DNA of 64,000 bases, taken from Epithemia pelagica (Eukaryota; Protista; Bacillariophyta). Each line of letters opens with the position of its first letter. The stretch's first letter is position 1. The position numbers and the translations under genes were made by a program. Location: the NCBI GenBank assembly GCA_946965045.2, contig OX337231.1, positions 2,356,001-2,420,000 of the forward strand, in the 5' to 3' direction. Positions 11,771 to 21,496 of the stretch are shown piece by piece. The notes beneath the pieces are model-generated. The model saw nothing but the letters and a program-made list of their open reading frames with translations. It had not been told where the DNA came from and did no database searches.

Positions 11771-12352
11771 TCAAATTTGGTTTTTCATTTTGATAATTTC
11801 GGCCAAGATAAAGTGTTTATTTTTGGACATTTTGTGGCAGGGTCGAATCATGACCGTGTCACCCGTATTGGCCACTTCATTTTCGTCATGGGCCATGAAT
11901 TTTCGATTGAATCGCACACGATAATTAATCTTGCGAAACCACTTGTATCGATTCACGGAAACATTAATGGTTTTTTGCATCTTGGTCGAAACCACCTTGC
12001 CCACCAAGGCTCCGCGGGGCATGGAAATTGGAGGGCAATGGACCAAATTCCATCCAGGAATATCACTCGTGTTCTTGAGCTCTTCATCAGAAAGTTTGGA
12101 AAGATCTTGTTCCAAGAGTTGTTCGGAATTCAAGGAAGGACCGTTGGATGATGATGATGATGACGACGACGCTGCGTTGGTGCTAAAGGGCAACTGTCTC
12201 ATCGCCTCGATCCAATAAGGTCCACCACTAGGTCTGAGAAAGGATGAATAGATCCGATAGACTTGACTTTTTCCGAGGGACATGATGCTGGCAATGTCCG
12301 TCGTAGCTTTCCATCTCATGGTGGTTTGAAATGGTTTCAGGGATGCCGCCAT
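11771..12352 (-). CDS. MRPS17: Mitochondrial ribosomal protein uS17 with a long N-terminal extension
   Basis: GKVVSTKMQKTINVSVNR...RKFMAHDENEVANTGDTVMIRPCHKMSKNKHFIL is the S17 core. Arg/Ser-rich, acid-poor N-terminus begins at ATG 12352 (MAASLKPFQTTMRW). Confidence 0.88.
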   Translation of the reverse strand: MAASLKPFQTTMRWKATTDIASIMSLGKSQVYRIYSSFLRPSGGPYWIEAMRQLPFSTNAASSSSSSSSNGPSLNSEQLLEQDLSKLSDEELKNTSDIPGWNLVHCPPISMPRGALVGKVVSTKMQKTINVSVNRYKWFRKINYRVRFNRKFMAHDENEVANTGDTVMIRPCHKMSKNKHFILAEIIKMKNQI

Positions 12353-12550
12353 GGTGACAACCGAACACCGAACACCGAAACAGAATTGGCTCTGGACTCC
12401 GGATCTTTGTGGCGTCTGTCTTGCAGCTTTTGTCTTGGGCCCCAAAAGAACATTCATCCACGACTGAAAGAACCGGAACGTGGAACGCCGGAGGAAGCGA
12501 TCCGGTAACCGGTACTTATGACGGGAAATCGCCGTGTCATGCATGATCCA
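12105..12550. repeat. Direct repeat copy A: 5' part and promoter of the uS17 gene
   Basis: Aligns by eye to 14200-14620, sharing gatcttgtt.caagagttgttcggaattcaaggaaggaccgttgg through ccggtaaccggtactta.gacgggaaatcgccgtgtc. Confidence 0.95.
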
Positions 12551-13359
12551 TCATCACAGATCCATCATCACATCCAAAGCCCATTCACAATCGCTGTGGC
12601 AAGCATGTCTATGACAACGAGAACGCCGACTACAACAACAAGGACAGCAGAGGTCGCCGGATTCTCGAGAACCAATGAGTTCAACCGGTTCCGAGTCGAT
12701 ACATTGGACAGACTTCTCACGGCAATTCTTTACATCAATGGCGATAGGAAGTAGTCGTTCTACGCGTACGGCGACTTCGTGGGGGCGCTTGAAAAGCGTT
12801 TTGGTCGATTCGATATGGAACGGAGGATTGATAGGGCTCAGTTGAAGCTTTGTCCGAGACCATTCGGACTGGGCCGTGGCCGACGTTGTAGTTGATTACA
12901 AACCTACTGTCATGCCGCACGTGCGCGAGTTTTGGAGGAAGTTTATCGGGTCTTATTGTCTTGGTGACAGCCTACGTGCTATAACAAGAACAGGGTAATT
13001 GCTATTGATCTCTGTGTTGTTCTACACCTTGATTTTTATCAAGGCCATCTATGTTTCCTTGCGCAACATCCAAGCAGCCTGGCACGTGCCTATCCACTGA
13101 TATCAACGATAATGACGAATATCATAAGACCACAGCACTAACTCCTAGAGTCACTCTAAACCTACGGTAGTCTCGTAGTGGAATAACATTAGAAGGCGAC
13201 AGTTCGAGACGCATACTACCGTAGCCCTGCTATCACATGTGGCATATTTTGCATCAATAGGGGTGGAATAGAGATGTATGATTCCCCGAGAGGACCATCG
13301 AGATGACCATCATTCGTTCGGACATTTGGCGGCCATGGTGAGGCGCCATCCTGGCAAGA

Positions 13360-14445
13360 TCAACCATTGCGACAATTTTCGTTGAGTCGACGCCGTTTCC
13401 CTCCATCGATTCGGAATCCAGCCGGGAAAGTTTCAGGGTATATTAATTCGAACTTCCGGTCCGCGAGTGTATCCCAGTGTCGGTCGAACCACTGTACCTC
13501 TTCTTCCTCTACCACCGTGGAGATGCGGACAGATTCCCAGTTGGAACACCGTGCAGCGCAACATAAATTGTAGCTCCCATAAACCGAATGAGTTGTTGTA
13601 ATAATGTGCTTTTCATGCATTTGAGTGTATCTGGAGGATCCGATGCCGCTAGTGTTGGCAACCCTAATATTGACTTGGCTCAAGAACACACGGTGGCTGA
13701 AGAATCTATGGTGTTTTTGCAGGAAAACCTTGATTTGTTGAGCGGTATTGTCACTGGGGTGAATGATAACATTGACTGTCTTGTCACTTCCATGGTGCGT
13801 GATGAGGTCAATAGCCAGAGGATCCGTCAGCGAATACGCGCATATGCGAATGATAGAACCGATCGACGCTTGTTCCAATACTTTTGCAATGGCTCTCAAT
13901 GGGTGGTGCGGAGGAACCGATGATGGACTCCTATCAAAGGATCGTGGTATCGCTCGATACGTAGATGTTTCGACAAGGTCAATGCCCGAGTGGAAATCTC
14001 TCAGTCGGTCATCAAACCAGCCAAAACCTTTTTCTTCAACAGGAATCGAATCGTAGTAGGCAAGAACTTCACCCTCGAGCGATTTCTCGGCCATGATCAT
14101 TTCTTGCATCGCGGCTTCGGTCTCCGCAGCAATAATTGCCTCTCCCGAGTCATCAAACTCGTCCTCTACTTCTTCGCTCATGATTCCCTGATTGGAATGA
14201 TCTTGTTTCAAGAGTTGTTCGGAATTCAAGGAAGGACCGTTGGATGATGATGATGACGACGCTGCGTTGGTGCTAAAGGGCAACCGTCTCATCGCCTCGA
14301 TCCAACAATAAGGTCCACCGCTAGGTCTGAGAAAAGATGAATAGATCCGATGGACTTGACTTTTTCCGAGTGACATGATTCTGGAAATGTCCGTCGTACC
14401 TTTCCATCTCATGGTGGTTTGAAATGGTTTCAGCCACGCCGCCAT
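13360..14445 (-). CDS. Chimeric protein: uS17-derived N-terminus fused to a single-HKD PLD-family (Nuc/Zucchini-like) nuclease domain, 361 aa
   Basis: About the first 80 aa match the uS17 N-terminus. The C-terminal domain has IRICAYSLTD and MHEKHIITTTHSVYGSYNL..AARCSNWES (HxK...GSxN...NxE). An internal in-frame ATG lies at 14181 (MSEEVEDEF). Confidence 0.78.
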   Translation of the reverse strand: MAAWLKPFQTTMRWKGTTDISRIMSLGKSQVHRIYSSFLRPSGGPYCWIEAMRRLPFSTNAASSSSSSNGPSLNSEQLLKQDHSNQGIMSEEVEDEFDDSGEAIIAAETEAAMQEMIMAEKSLEGEVLAYYDSIPVEEKGFGWFDDRLRDFHSGIDLVETSTYRAIPRSFDRSPSSVPPHHPLRAIAKVLEQASIGSIIRICAYSLTDPLAIDLITHHGSDKTVNVIIHPSDNTAQQIKVFLQKHHRFFSHRVFLSQVNIRVANTSGIGSSRYTQMHEKHIITTTHSVYGSYNLCCAARCSNWESVRISTVVEEEEVQWFDRHWDTLADRKFELIYPETFPAGFRIDGGKRRRLNENCRNG

Positions 14446-14620
14446 GGTGACAACCGAACACCGAAACAGAATTGGCTCTGGAGTCTGTTTGTCTTGGGCC
14501 CCAAAAGAACATTCATCCGCGACTGAAAAGAATCGGAACGTGGAACGCGTGGGGCCACCGGAGGAAAGCGATCCGGTAACCGGTACTTACGACGGGAAAT
14601 CGCCGTGTCGTGCAGCATCC
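14200..14620. repeat. Direct repeat copy B: duplicated uS17 5' part and promoter, now heading the PLD ORF
   Basis: Same orientation as 12105-12550; high identity with a few indels. Confidence 0.95.
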
Positions 14621-14708
14621 ATCAACACATGACACATCTCATAACTTTTTGGAGAACCACAAAAAAGAGAACAGCGAGAACCCATACCATTGCAATAGGT
14701 ATTCCCAC

Positions 14709-15964
14709 ATGAACCGTAAACGATCTCGTTCCTCCATTCACCAGTCTCGGACGAGCCACGATTCTTCTCCTTTCCCATGGGGGCGTAAGGTTGCTCTAGT
14801 CACCGTTCTTGTTGGTTTCGTGTATGGACCATGCGTCATGAGCGCCAATGATGGACACGAACGGCGACTACCACCGTCCTCGGTGTCGACCCGAATCGGA
14901 TCATCCAAAGGTTCCGTTCACGTGCCCTTGTGGATCCACCGCAATGTCACGGATGAGACGGCGGATCCAATGATTCGAGGTCATGACAGCAGCAGCCACA
15001 GCTGGATGGAAAACTGGACCATGGCGGTCAGTGTCATTTCTCGGTATTGGATGGGACAACACGACAATAACGAACAAGGCGATGACGCACCGTCCAGTTC
15101 CTCTGAACCCATGATATCAGATGAAAGTCGCTGGACGAATTCGGAGGAGGAAGATCACATACAATCCTTGGATCCAGACTCACCTGCGCAAGAGGGCGCA
15201 GAACTAGAGGATCCATGGATACTTGCACACAAGAACAATTTACCACCTCGAAGCCAAGCGCCAATCCCTTTGGCCTATCGATATTATCGACAATTGACCT
15301 ATCGGCAACGATCTTCGGGAGGACCTGTGATACCCTTCATTCTTCTGGGTCCCAATGTGGATCACTGGAAAGCCAGTGCACAAGAACTGGCTGCTGCTGG
15401 CTTTTCGGCCATTGCCTGTGAACCGGTCAAGGACAAGGAGAATAACGGAGACCCGGATAGTCGTCGTAGACGTCGTAGTAGTAACGTTGTCGATGCCACA
15501 AGGTACACAAACGACGACGACGAAATGGAAACCATTCAAAAGAGTGCCAATGCCATTGTTGAACTTTTGGATGCTTTACGGTGGAATCGGGCCGTGTTGG
15601 TGGCCTCGGATTCGGAATGCGCCATGGCCATTCAAGCGGCACTTCAATTGGCACCGGACCGAATACTTGGTAAGAAGACTGTGTTGCTCTAGGGGATTAT
15701 TGTATTTCACGACACACTGGTGCTCATGCTTCCTTTTCCTGACATGGATTGCATCATGCATTTTTCAGGATTGGTATTGTGTGGACACTTGGGGTCCGCC
15801 CAAGCCTTTGTCCATCAGGTGGAGGTGCGCAATCGGAATGTAAAGAGTCGATTCGATACCGGTGGTCCCTTTGCCGTAGATCGTTTCTTGCGACAGTACC
15901 TGGATTGTCCTTCCCTCATTGTGTGGGACGGAGATGGTGTCGTCCTGTCCAATCATCAACATTC

Positions 15965-16018
<54 letters not shown>

Positions 16019-16823
16019 GCAAAATGATGACGATACCACCACCCCAAACTCGGAAATGGGACCAGAGCTGGACGACGATTCCCTCGCACATGCGCGATCG
16101 GTCATTTATGGAAGTGGCTCTGCTCCCCATCGAAAACGACCCGAACAACTGGCCTGGGTGATTACGCGTTTTGTGGAGGAACACGTGGCACCATGGCCCA
16201 ACGATGCCGAACCTTCCAATAAGAATGGCAGTATCATTCATGGCAAAGATTTCTATGAAAATGGACCCAATCGCTTTCGCCATGCTGCCGATTTCTTTTC
16301 TCAAGATGGCATGGTAATTTTGGGACGCATTGTTGCCCGAACCTTGCTGTATGGCACGGCCATTAAGGTTGGTTTGTATCAATATCGTACCATTGGGAAT
16401 GGAATCTTTGACTTTCAAACCAAACTGCGACTCGTCATTGCGGCACCGGCCAGATTGGCCGCCTTGATTGGAAGCTTGTTTGTTTCGTCTTCTTCCTCCT
16501 CCCAATGGCGATTTCGACGGCTACCAGTCACATACAACAACGATACCCAGGGGAACTTGCCTAGCGACGATTCGGTTGTCAAGGAACCCAACAATCTCAA
16601 CACCACCACAGTGCCATGGACGACGACATCCGACCTAGAAGAGGGAAGGAATATAACAAGAGTAAATGACTCTGGTGATGGCAGCGAAGAAGGAAGAAGA
16701 ACGTTGAAACCGTCGAAAGACACGGACCATGGTGAAACGAATTCCAATCAAACCATCGACGACAACGAGGACGAATCAGATTTCATTCGACCGTTTTTCT
16801 TTTTAGACTATGTGATCGCATGA
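14709..16823 (+). CDS. Alpha/beta-hydrolase-fold-like membrane-associated protein, 2 exons
   Basis: Exons 14709-15669 and 15769-16823 (intron 15670-15768, gtaag...tttcag). PFILLGPNVDHW...GFSAIA, LLDALRWNRAVLVASDSECAMAIQAAL..PDRILGLVLCG. The nucleophile elbow is degenerate. Confidence 0.6.
15966..16016 (+). repeat. (CAA)17 microsatellite encoding polyQ
   Basis: Perfect CAA tract inside exon 2 of the hydrolase-fold gene. Confidence 0.95.
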
Positions 16824-17355
16824 ATCCATGACCAATGTGTCTGTGGCTTGGGTGGTCCCACAGCACAATGTTGTGGATGGACCGGTTGGCCCCGGGTTCC
16901 AGTTTCCAGACTTTGTGAACTCTACCTCGTCTGGTTCGACGCCAGCTCTTCTCTCGTGGGAGAATCCGTACTCGGGTTTGTGGAGTCCCTAGCGCCATCA
17001 CACAGACGTAAGTTTTTTGCGCTTCCCATTCGTTGTCCCAAATCCCATCATCTCGAACTCCCATTGTCGATTGAGGGACCGTGCGCTGGAGCTCTAGAGG
17101 GCCAGGCAGTGTCCTAGCTAGGAGTACTTTTAGTAGCAAATACTCCTATTGTAAGCCTTAGCAAGAGGCCACCCCCAAATTTCTCGGGCCCACTTTTTGT
17201 CCACGTAGGGAGTCATAAGTACTTATGACTTTCGCACGCCGGGCGAGGTACACACTGTCTGTTGGGAGCCGCCTGCGTTTTCCCTCTCCCTCCGCCCAGG
17301 CCCAGTGTGGACCGAACACCCCAAAAAGTCGTGAAGGGTACCTTTGGTCCTTGAA

Positions 17356-18705
17356 ATGGTCAAAAAGGTTCACAACAACGAGCAATCTACCATGGCAAAG
17401 GGCCTAAAAGGTGGAACATTCAGAGGTACCTATCTCTATGTTACCCTTGTGATCGTACTAAGTTTTGCAAACTTTGTGGTTCTGTTTTATGCACAAATCC
17501 ATCCCACCGATGTGTCTCTGACGGATGTGGCCATTGAGTCCTTGCTCGCCAACAATCTGACAACGTCGGACGCTTTGACCAAGGCGCCAAATAACACTGG
17601 CGCAGACCAACCTGCACAAATCCAAACTTCAGATTCACGAGAACAACCCAGAACCGATACAGCTATACCAGAAAATGACAAGGAGACGAAACCATCGACT
17701 GGTTTTGATCCTGATTCCATTGTGGAATTTGAACGACAAGAGGGCGTAGTCATTGCTACAAAACTCCATGGAATACACCAGCTATTCATCATGGAGCAGT
17801 CACTTTGTCTTTTGCATTATGCCTACAACAACCGGGTGAACTATGATATTGTGGCCTTTTCCACCGACCCCATCAACGAAACATTGCTGGAACCGATTCG
17901 TAAACTGGTGGCCCCTGCCAAGTTCACATTGGTTGTCGATAATCGCGGATTTCAGCAAGAAGTCGCAGCCCTTTCACCGTTGCGGCGGCAAAAATTTTTG
18001 GAACGATGTGGCGTCGAGTCGCCCGAAAATCTGACATGGTGGTCCAATTGTCCGGATCGTTTGGCCTACAATTGGCAAGCCGAGTTTCGAGCTTGGCATA
18101 TCTGGAGACATCCAGCTCTCGAAAAGTACCGTTATATGATGTGGATGGACACGGATGGATTCCCAACACAGGTTTGGGACCGAGATCCAGTGGCCTTTAT
18201 GATTCAAAATCAACTCGCCATTTTCTTTGCCAACTGGCCTCAAGGGAGGTCATCCGGACCGGAAGTTCAGCGCCGAATTGTGAAATCCTTCAACAAGACT
18301 CTGTGTCATGTTTCCGTTTCGCAGGACGGAAAGCTCCAGAGTGTCGTTGGAGAGTCGTGCAGTAGTGTGCAAGTCCGGTTGATTCACGGATTCTTTCATA
18401 TCACCGACTTGGATTTTTATCGTTCGGATGAGGTGATCAATTTCGAAAAGAATTGGATCGGTGACTGCTTCCTGTGTCGAAATTATGACGATCAGGCTGG
18501 GGTCACCATTCCAGCCGCCATGTTGGCGCCATCGCGCAGTTGGAGCATGCGGGAACATGGGTTGAAACTGAACGTGTTTCACAATCATATGTTGGATGGG
18601 AAGGACCAGGCAAAACCCGCCGGTTTCTTGAGATTCTGGAAAGTAAAAGGGAACAGCACGTTTCCTGAGGCATTTGGAAAGTGTCCGGTAAAGGCTGGAG
18701 GATAA
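17356..18705 (+). CDS. Type II membrane glycosyltransferase (GT-A fold, GT15/Kre2-like)
   Basis: N-terminal TM (LYVTLVIVLSFANFVVLFY), stem region, AEFRAWHIWRHPALEKYRYMMWMDTD (DxD) and IHGFFHITDLDFYRS. The start could also be ATG 17392. Confidence 0.65.
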   Translation: MVKKVHNNEQSTMAKGLKGGTFRGTYLYVTLVIVLSFANFVVLFYAQIHPTDVSLTDVAIESLLANNLTTSDALTKAPNNTGADQPAQIQTSDSREQPRTDTAIPENDKETKPSTGFDPDSIVEFERQEGVVIATKLHGIHQLFIMEQSLCLLHYAYNNRVNYDIVAFSTDPINETLLEPIRKLVAPAKFTLVVDNRGFQQEVAALSPLRRQKFLERCGVESPENLTWWSNCPDRLAYNWQAEFRAWHIWRHPALEKYRYMMWMDTDGFPTQVWDRDPVAFMIQNQLAIFFANWPQGRSSGPEVQRRIVKSFNKTLCHVSVSQDGKLQSVVGESCSSVQVRLIHGFFHITDLDFYRSDEVINFEKNWIGDCFLCRNYDDQAGVTIPAAMLAPSRSWSMREHGLKLNVFHNHMLDGKDQAKPAGFLRFWKVKGNSTFPEAFGKCPVKAGG

Positions 18706-19728
18706 ACTATGGATCAAGATACGCCGCGGACCAAGACGAAAATTCGGAGAATGATGGGTTACATGTTTTCTGATTTAGAGGCTCATGAAAACTCGCTTTC
18801 CGAGACCTACGAGTTTTCGATGAGTTGTTGGTTGGTTGCATGTCTGGAATAACTTGCGCGATGATTCGGTGCGTTATGGGATCCTGCAGCCGCTGTACCA
18901 CTTGTGATGAGATGGACTATGCATCATTAGGACATTCAAAGAAAAAAAAACTTGTTGTAAGATAGCCGTAACCATGGTATCTGATAGCGAACGGCTGTCG
19001 GAACTACTCCTAGGTGAACTATATCATCCATCATTTTGTTTTCTCAATCACCATTTCCTATACAGAGCAGAATCTCTGGCGCAGTTCTGTACCCGCGACA
19101 ACCGGATACCCTGTCTGATTTGTTCCATCATCATCATTCCACTTCTTCTTGTTCTTGTGGCCTTGAGTTTTGGGATACATTGGTGATCGCGTTTCAGCTC
19201 GCTTCACCCATACTCTCATAATGAACGAATACATCAAGTCGAGAGTGAAAGAAGACTATGACTTGCAGTAGGACTAGGACTAGGACTAGGACTAGGAGGC
19301 CATTGCTAGGAGTAGGATTAGGAGTTCGTCTCGCGATGCGCTCTGAGCACATAGCAATGCTAGAAAATCCCATGACATTCGAAGAGTGCTTACTTCCCAG
19401 GTCATCTACCATTGATCAAACGGGATTGAATGATCTCAAACAATTGTATTAAACTACTCCCTTTTAAGTCATGAATGGATATCCACTGGGGATTACCAGA
19501 AAGGCTCTCCATTTTCGGACGATGACGTGGTGGTCTGTCGGCGTGTGGCGGGTCTGTGCGGACGAGATGCGTGAGTGGGTATCAAGATTCAAGATCCCAA
19601 CAGTGCAAGGTGCAATCTTCGTTGCCGTGCGCTCATCAATTGTTGTCGACGCCGAAGTGTCTTCTCCGTCTCGTACCTTTCCCTCACCTTTTCTGTTTGA
19701 AAGTGTTTTTCGCTGGTTCGACTTGAAG

Positions 19729-21207
19729 ATGATGCGATCCGTTGTTCTGTTGTCTCTGTACGTTGCGTCTTTGGAAGCGCTCCTTGTGCCAAAGCCATCT
19801 CGTGCCACCACGTACCTCCGTGAGACGGCTGAGAAGACCAAGTCGAGCGGCAGTGTTGCCGAAGAATTGGGTATCCCATGCGAAGATGAATGTGCTATCG
19901 GATCCTTCCCCAATCTTCCGGAGTCTGTTCACCCTGGTGTCCTTTCTGGACAAGCTCAGATGGACCTTTTGAATCACGCCAAGGAAAATGGTATGTGGCT
20001 TTCGGCCTCATTGTCCCCTGTCGAGTGTATCGGCACGTGAAGAAGAGGGTTCGCCAAAAATCATTTTGGTCCTCTCCTCTTAATTATTGTTATTGCAATT
20101 TGCTCACCTTACATCCTCTTGTTACTCTTCATTTGTAAAGGCTATGCCATCCCTGCTGTCAACTGCGTCAGTTCGTCAGGTATCAATGCTTGCTTGGAGG
20201 CTGCACGCAAGAATGACGCCCCAATCATCATTCAATTTAGCTCTGGAGGTAGCCAGTTTTACGGCGGCAAAGGCTTGGACAATAGCAACTACAAAGCCGC
20301 TATTGCCGGTGCTGTTTCGGGTGCCTTTCATGTACGCACCATGGCCGAACAATATGGCGTTCCTGTGATTCTGCACACGGATCATTGTGCCAAGAAGCTT
20401 TTGCCTTGGATTGATGGGCTTTTGTCTGCCTCGGAACGATACTATGAAAAGCACGGAGAACCCTTGTTTAGCAGTCACATGATTGACTTGTCGGAAGAAC
20501 CTCTGGAGGAGAACTTGGAGATTTGCAAGGACTACCTTGCGCGCATGTCAAAGATTGGTATTCTCTTGGAAATGGAATTGGGTATCACTGGTGGCGAGGA
20601 AGACGGCGTTGACAATAGCGACCGTCCCATGGAGGACTTGTACTCAAAGCCTGAGGAAATCAATCAGGTTTACGAGGAACTTACCCCCATCTCCGAAATG
20701 TACAGTGTTGCCGCGGCCTTTGGCAACGTGCATGGTGTGTACTCGCCTGGAAATGTCAAACTTGAACCAAAGATCCTTAGTCGGGCACAAGAGTTCATTT
20801 CGGACAAGTTGGGTGATGCCGCACCTGAGGACAAAAAGCCTGTCATGTTCGTCTTCCATGGTGGTTCTGGATCCGACGTGTCCGACATTCAAGAGGCTAT
20901 TGGCTACGGAGTGATCAAGATGAATATTGATACCGATACTCAATGGAGTTACTGGGAAGGTATCAAGAACTTCGAATCAAAGTACCACGATTACCTCCAA
21001 GGACAAATTGGAAACCCTGAGGGCGACGATAAGCCCAACAAGAAGTACTACGATCCACGAGAATGCATGCGCGCGGCTGAAGTCAACACAGTGGCCCGTC
21101 TTGAGCAATCGTTTGGCGATCTCAAATGCCAAAATATTCTTGGATTGGGAGCTGCCACGGATCCATCCAATGTTTTGGGACCCCGCCGAGGAGGTCTCCC
21201 TGTCTAA
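19729..21207 (+). CDS. FBA: Plastid class II fructose-bisphosphate aldolase (FBAC2-like), 2 exons
   Basis: Signal peptide plus transit-like leader. Exons 19729-19990 and 20141-21207. YAIPAVN, ILHTDHC, FSSHMIDLS, GGEEDG, FGNVHGVY, FVFHGGSGS, KMNIDTD, NKKYYDPR. Confidence 0.95.
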
Positions 21208-21496
21208 TTGGATTGTCGCACACAAGGGACGATGGATTGAGTGATGGCGGGACGTTGAATGAATCAGATATACTCCACTTCACTCGAGTTAGTAAGTTTT
21301 TTCACCAGTTGGGTTGCTGGGTGGAACGGTGACCTTGTTTCTTGTGTTGCCGCTCATTTAAGCAACGAGAATGTAGCGTAGATCTTTGTTCCTTCACATA
21401 GTAAACGAGATAAACTTCATTGTTACTAGTTACATAGCTTACATATGGTTCTTACAATACAATGGAGATGGACGAGTAATCCTCCACGCTTGCAAT

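Noticed and set aside
19267-19297. (ACTAGG)n short tandem repeat
   Set aside because: Simple microsatellite, not the TTAGGG telomere motif.
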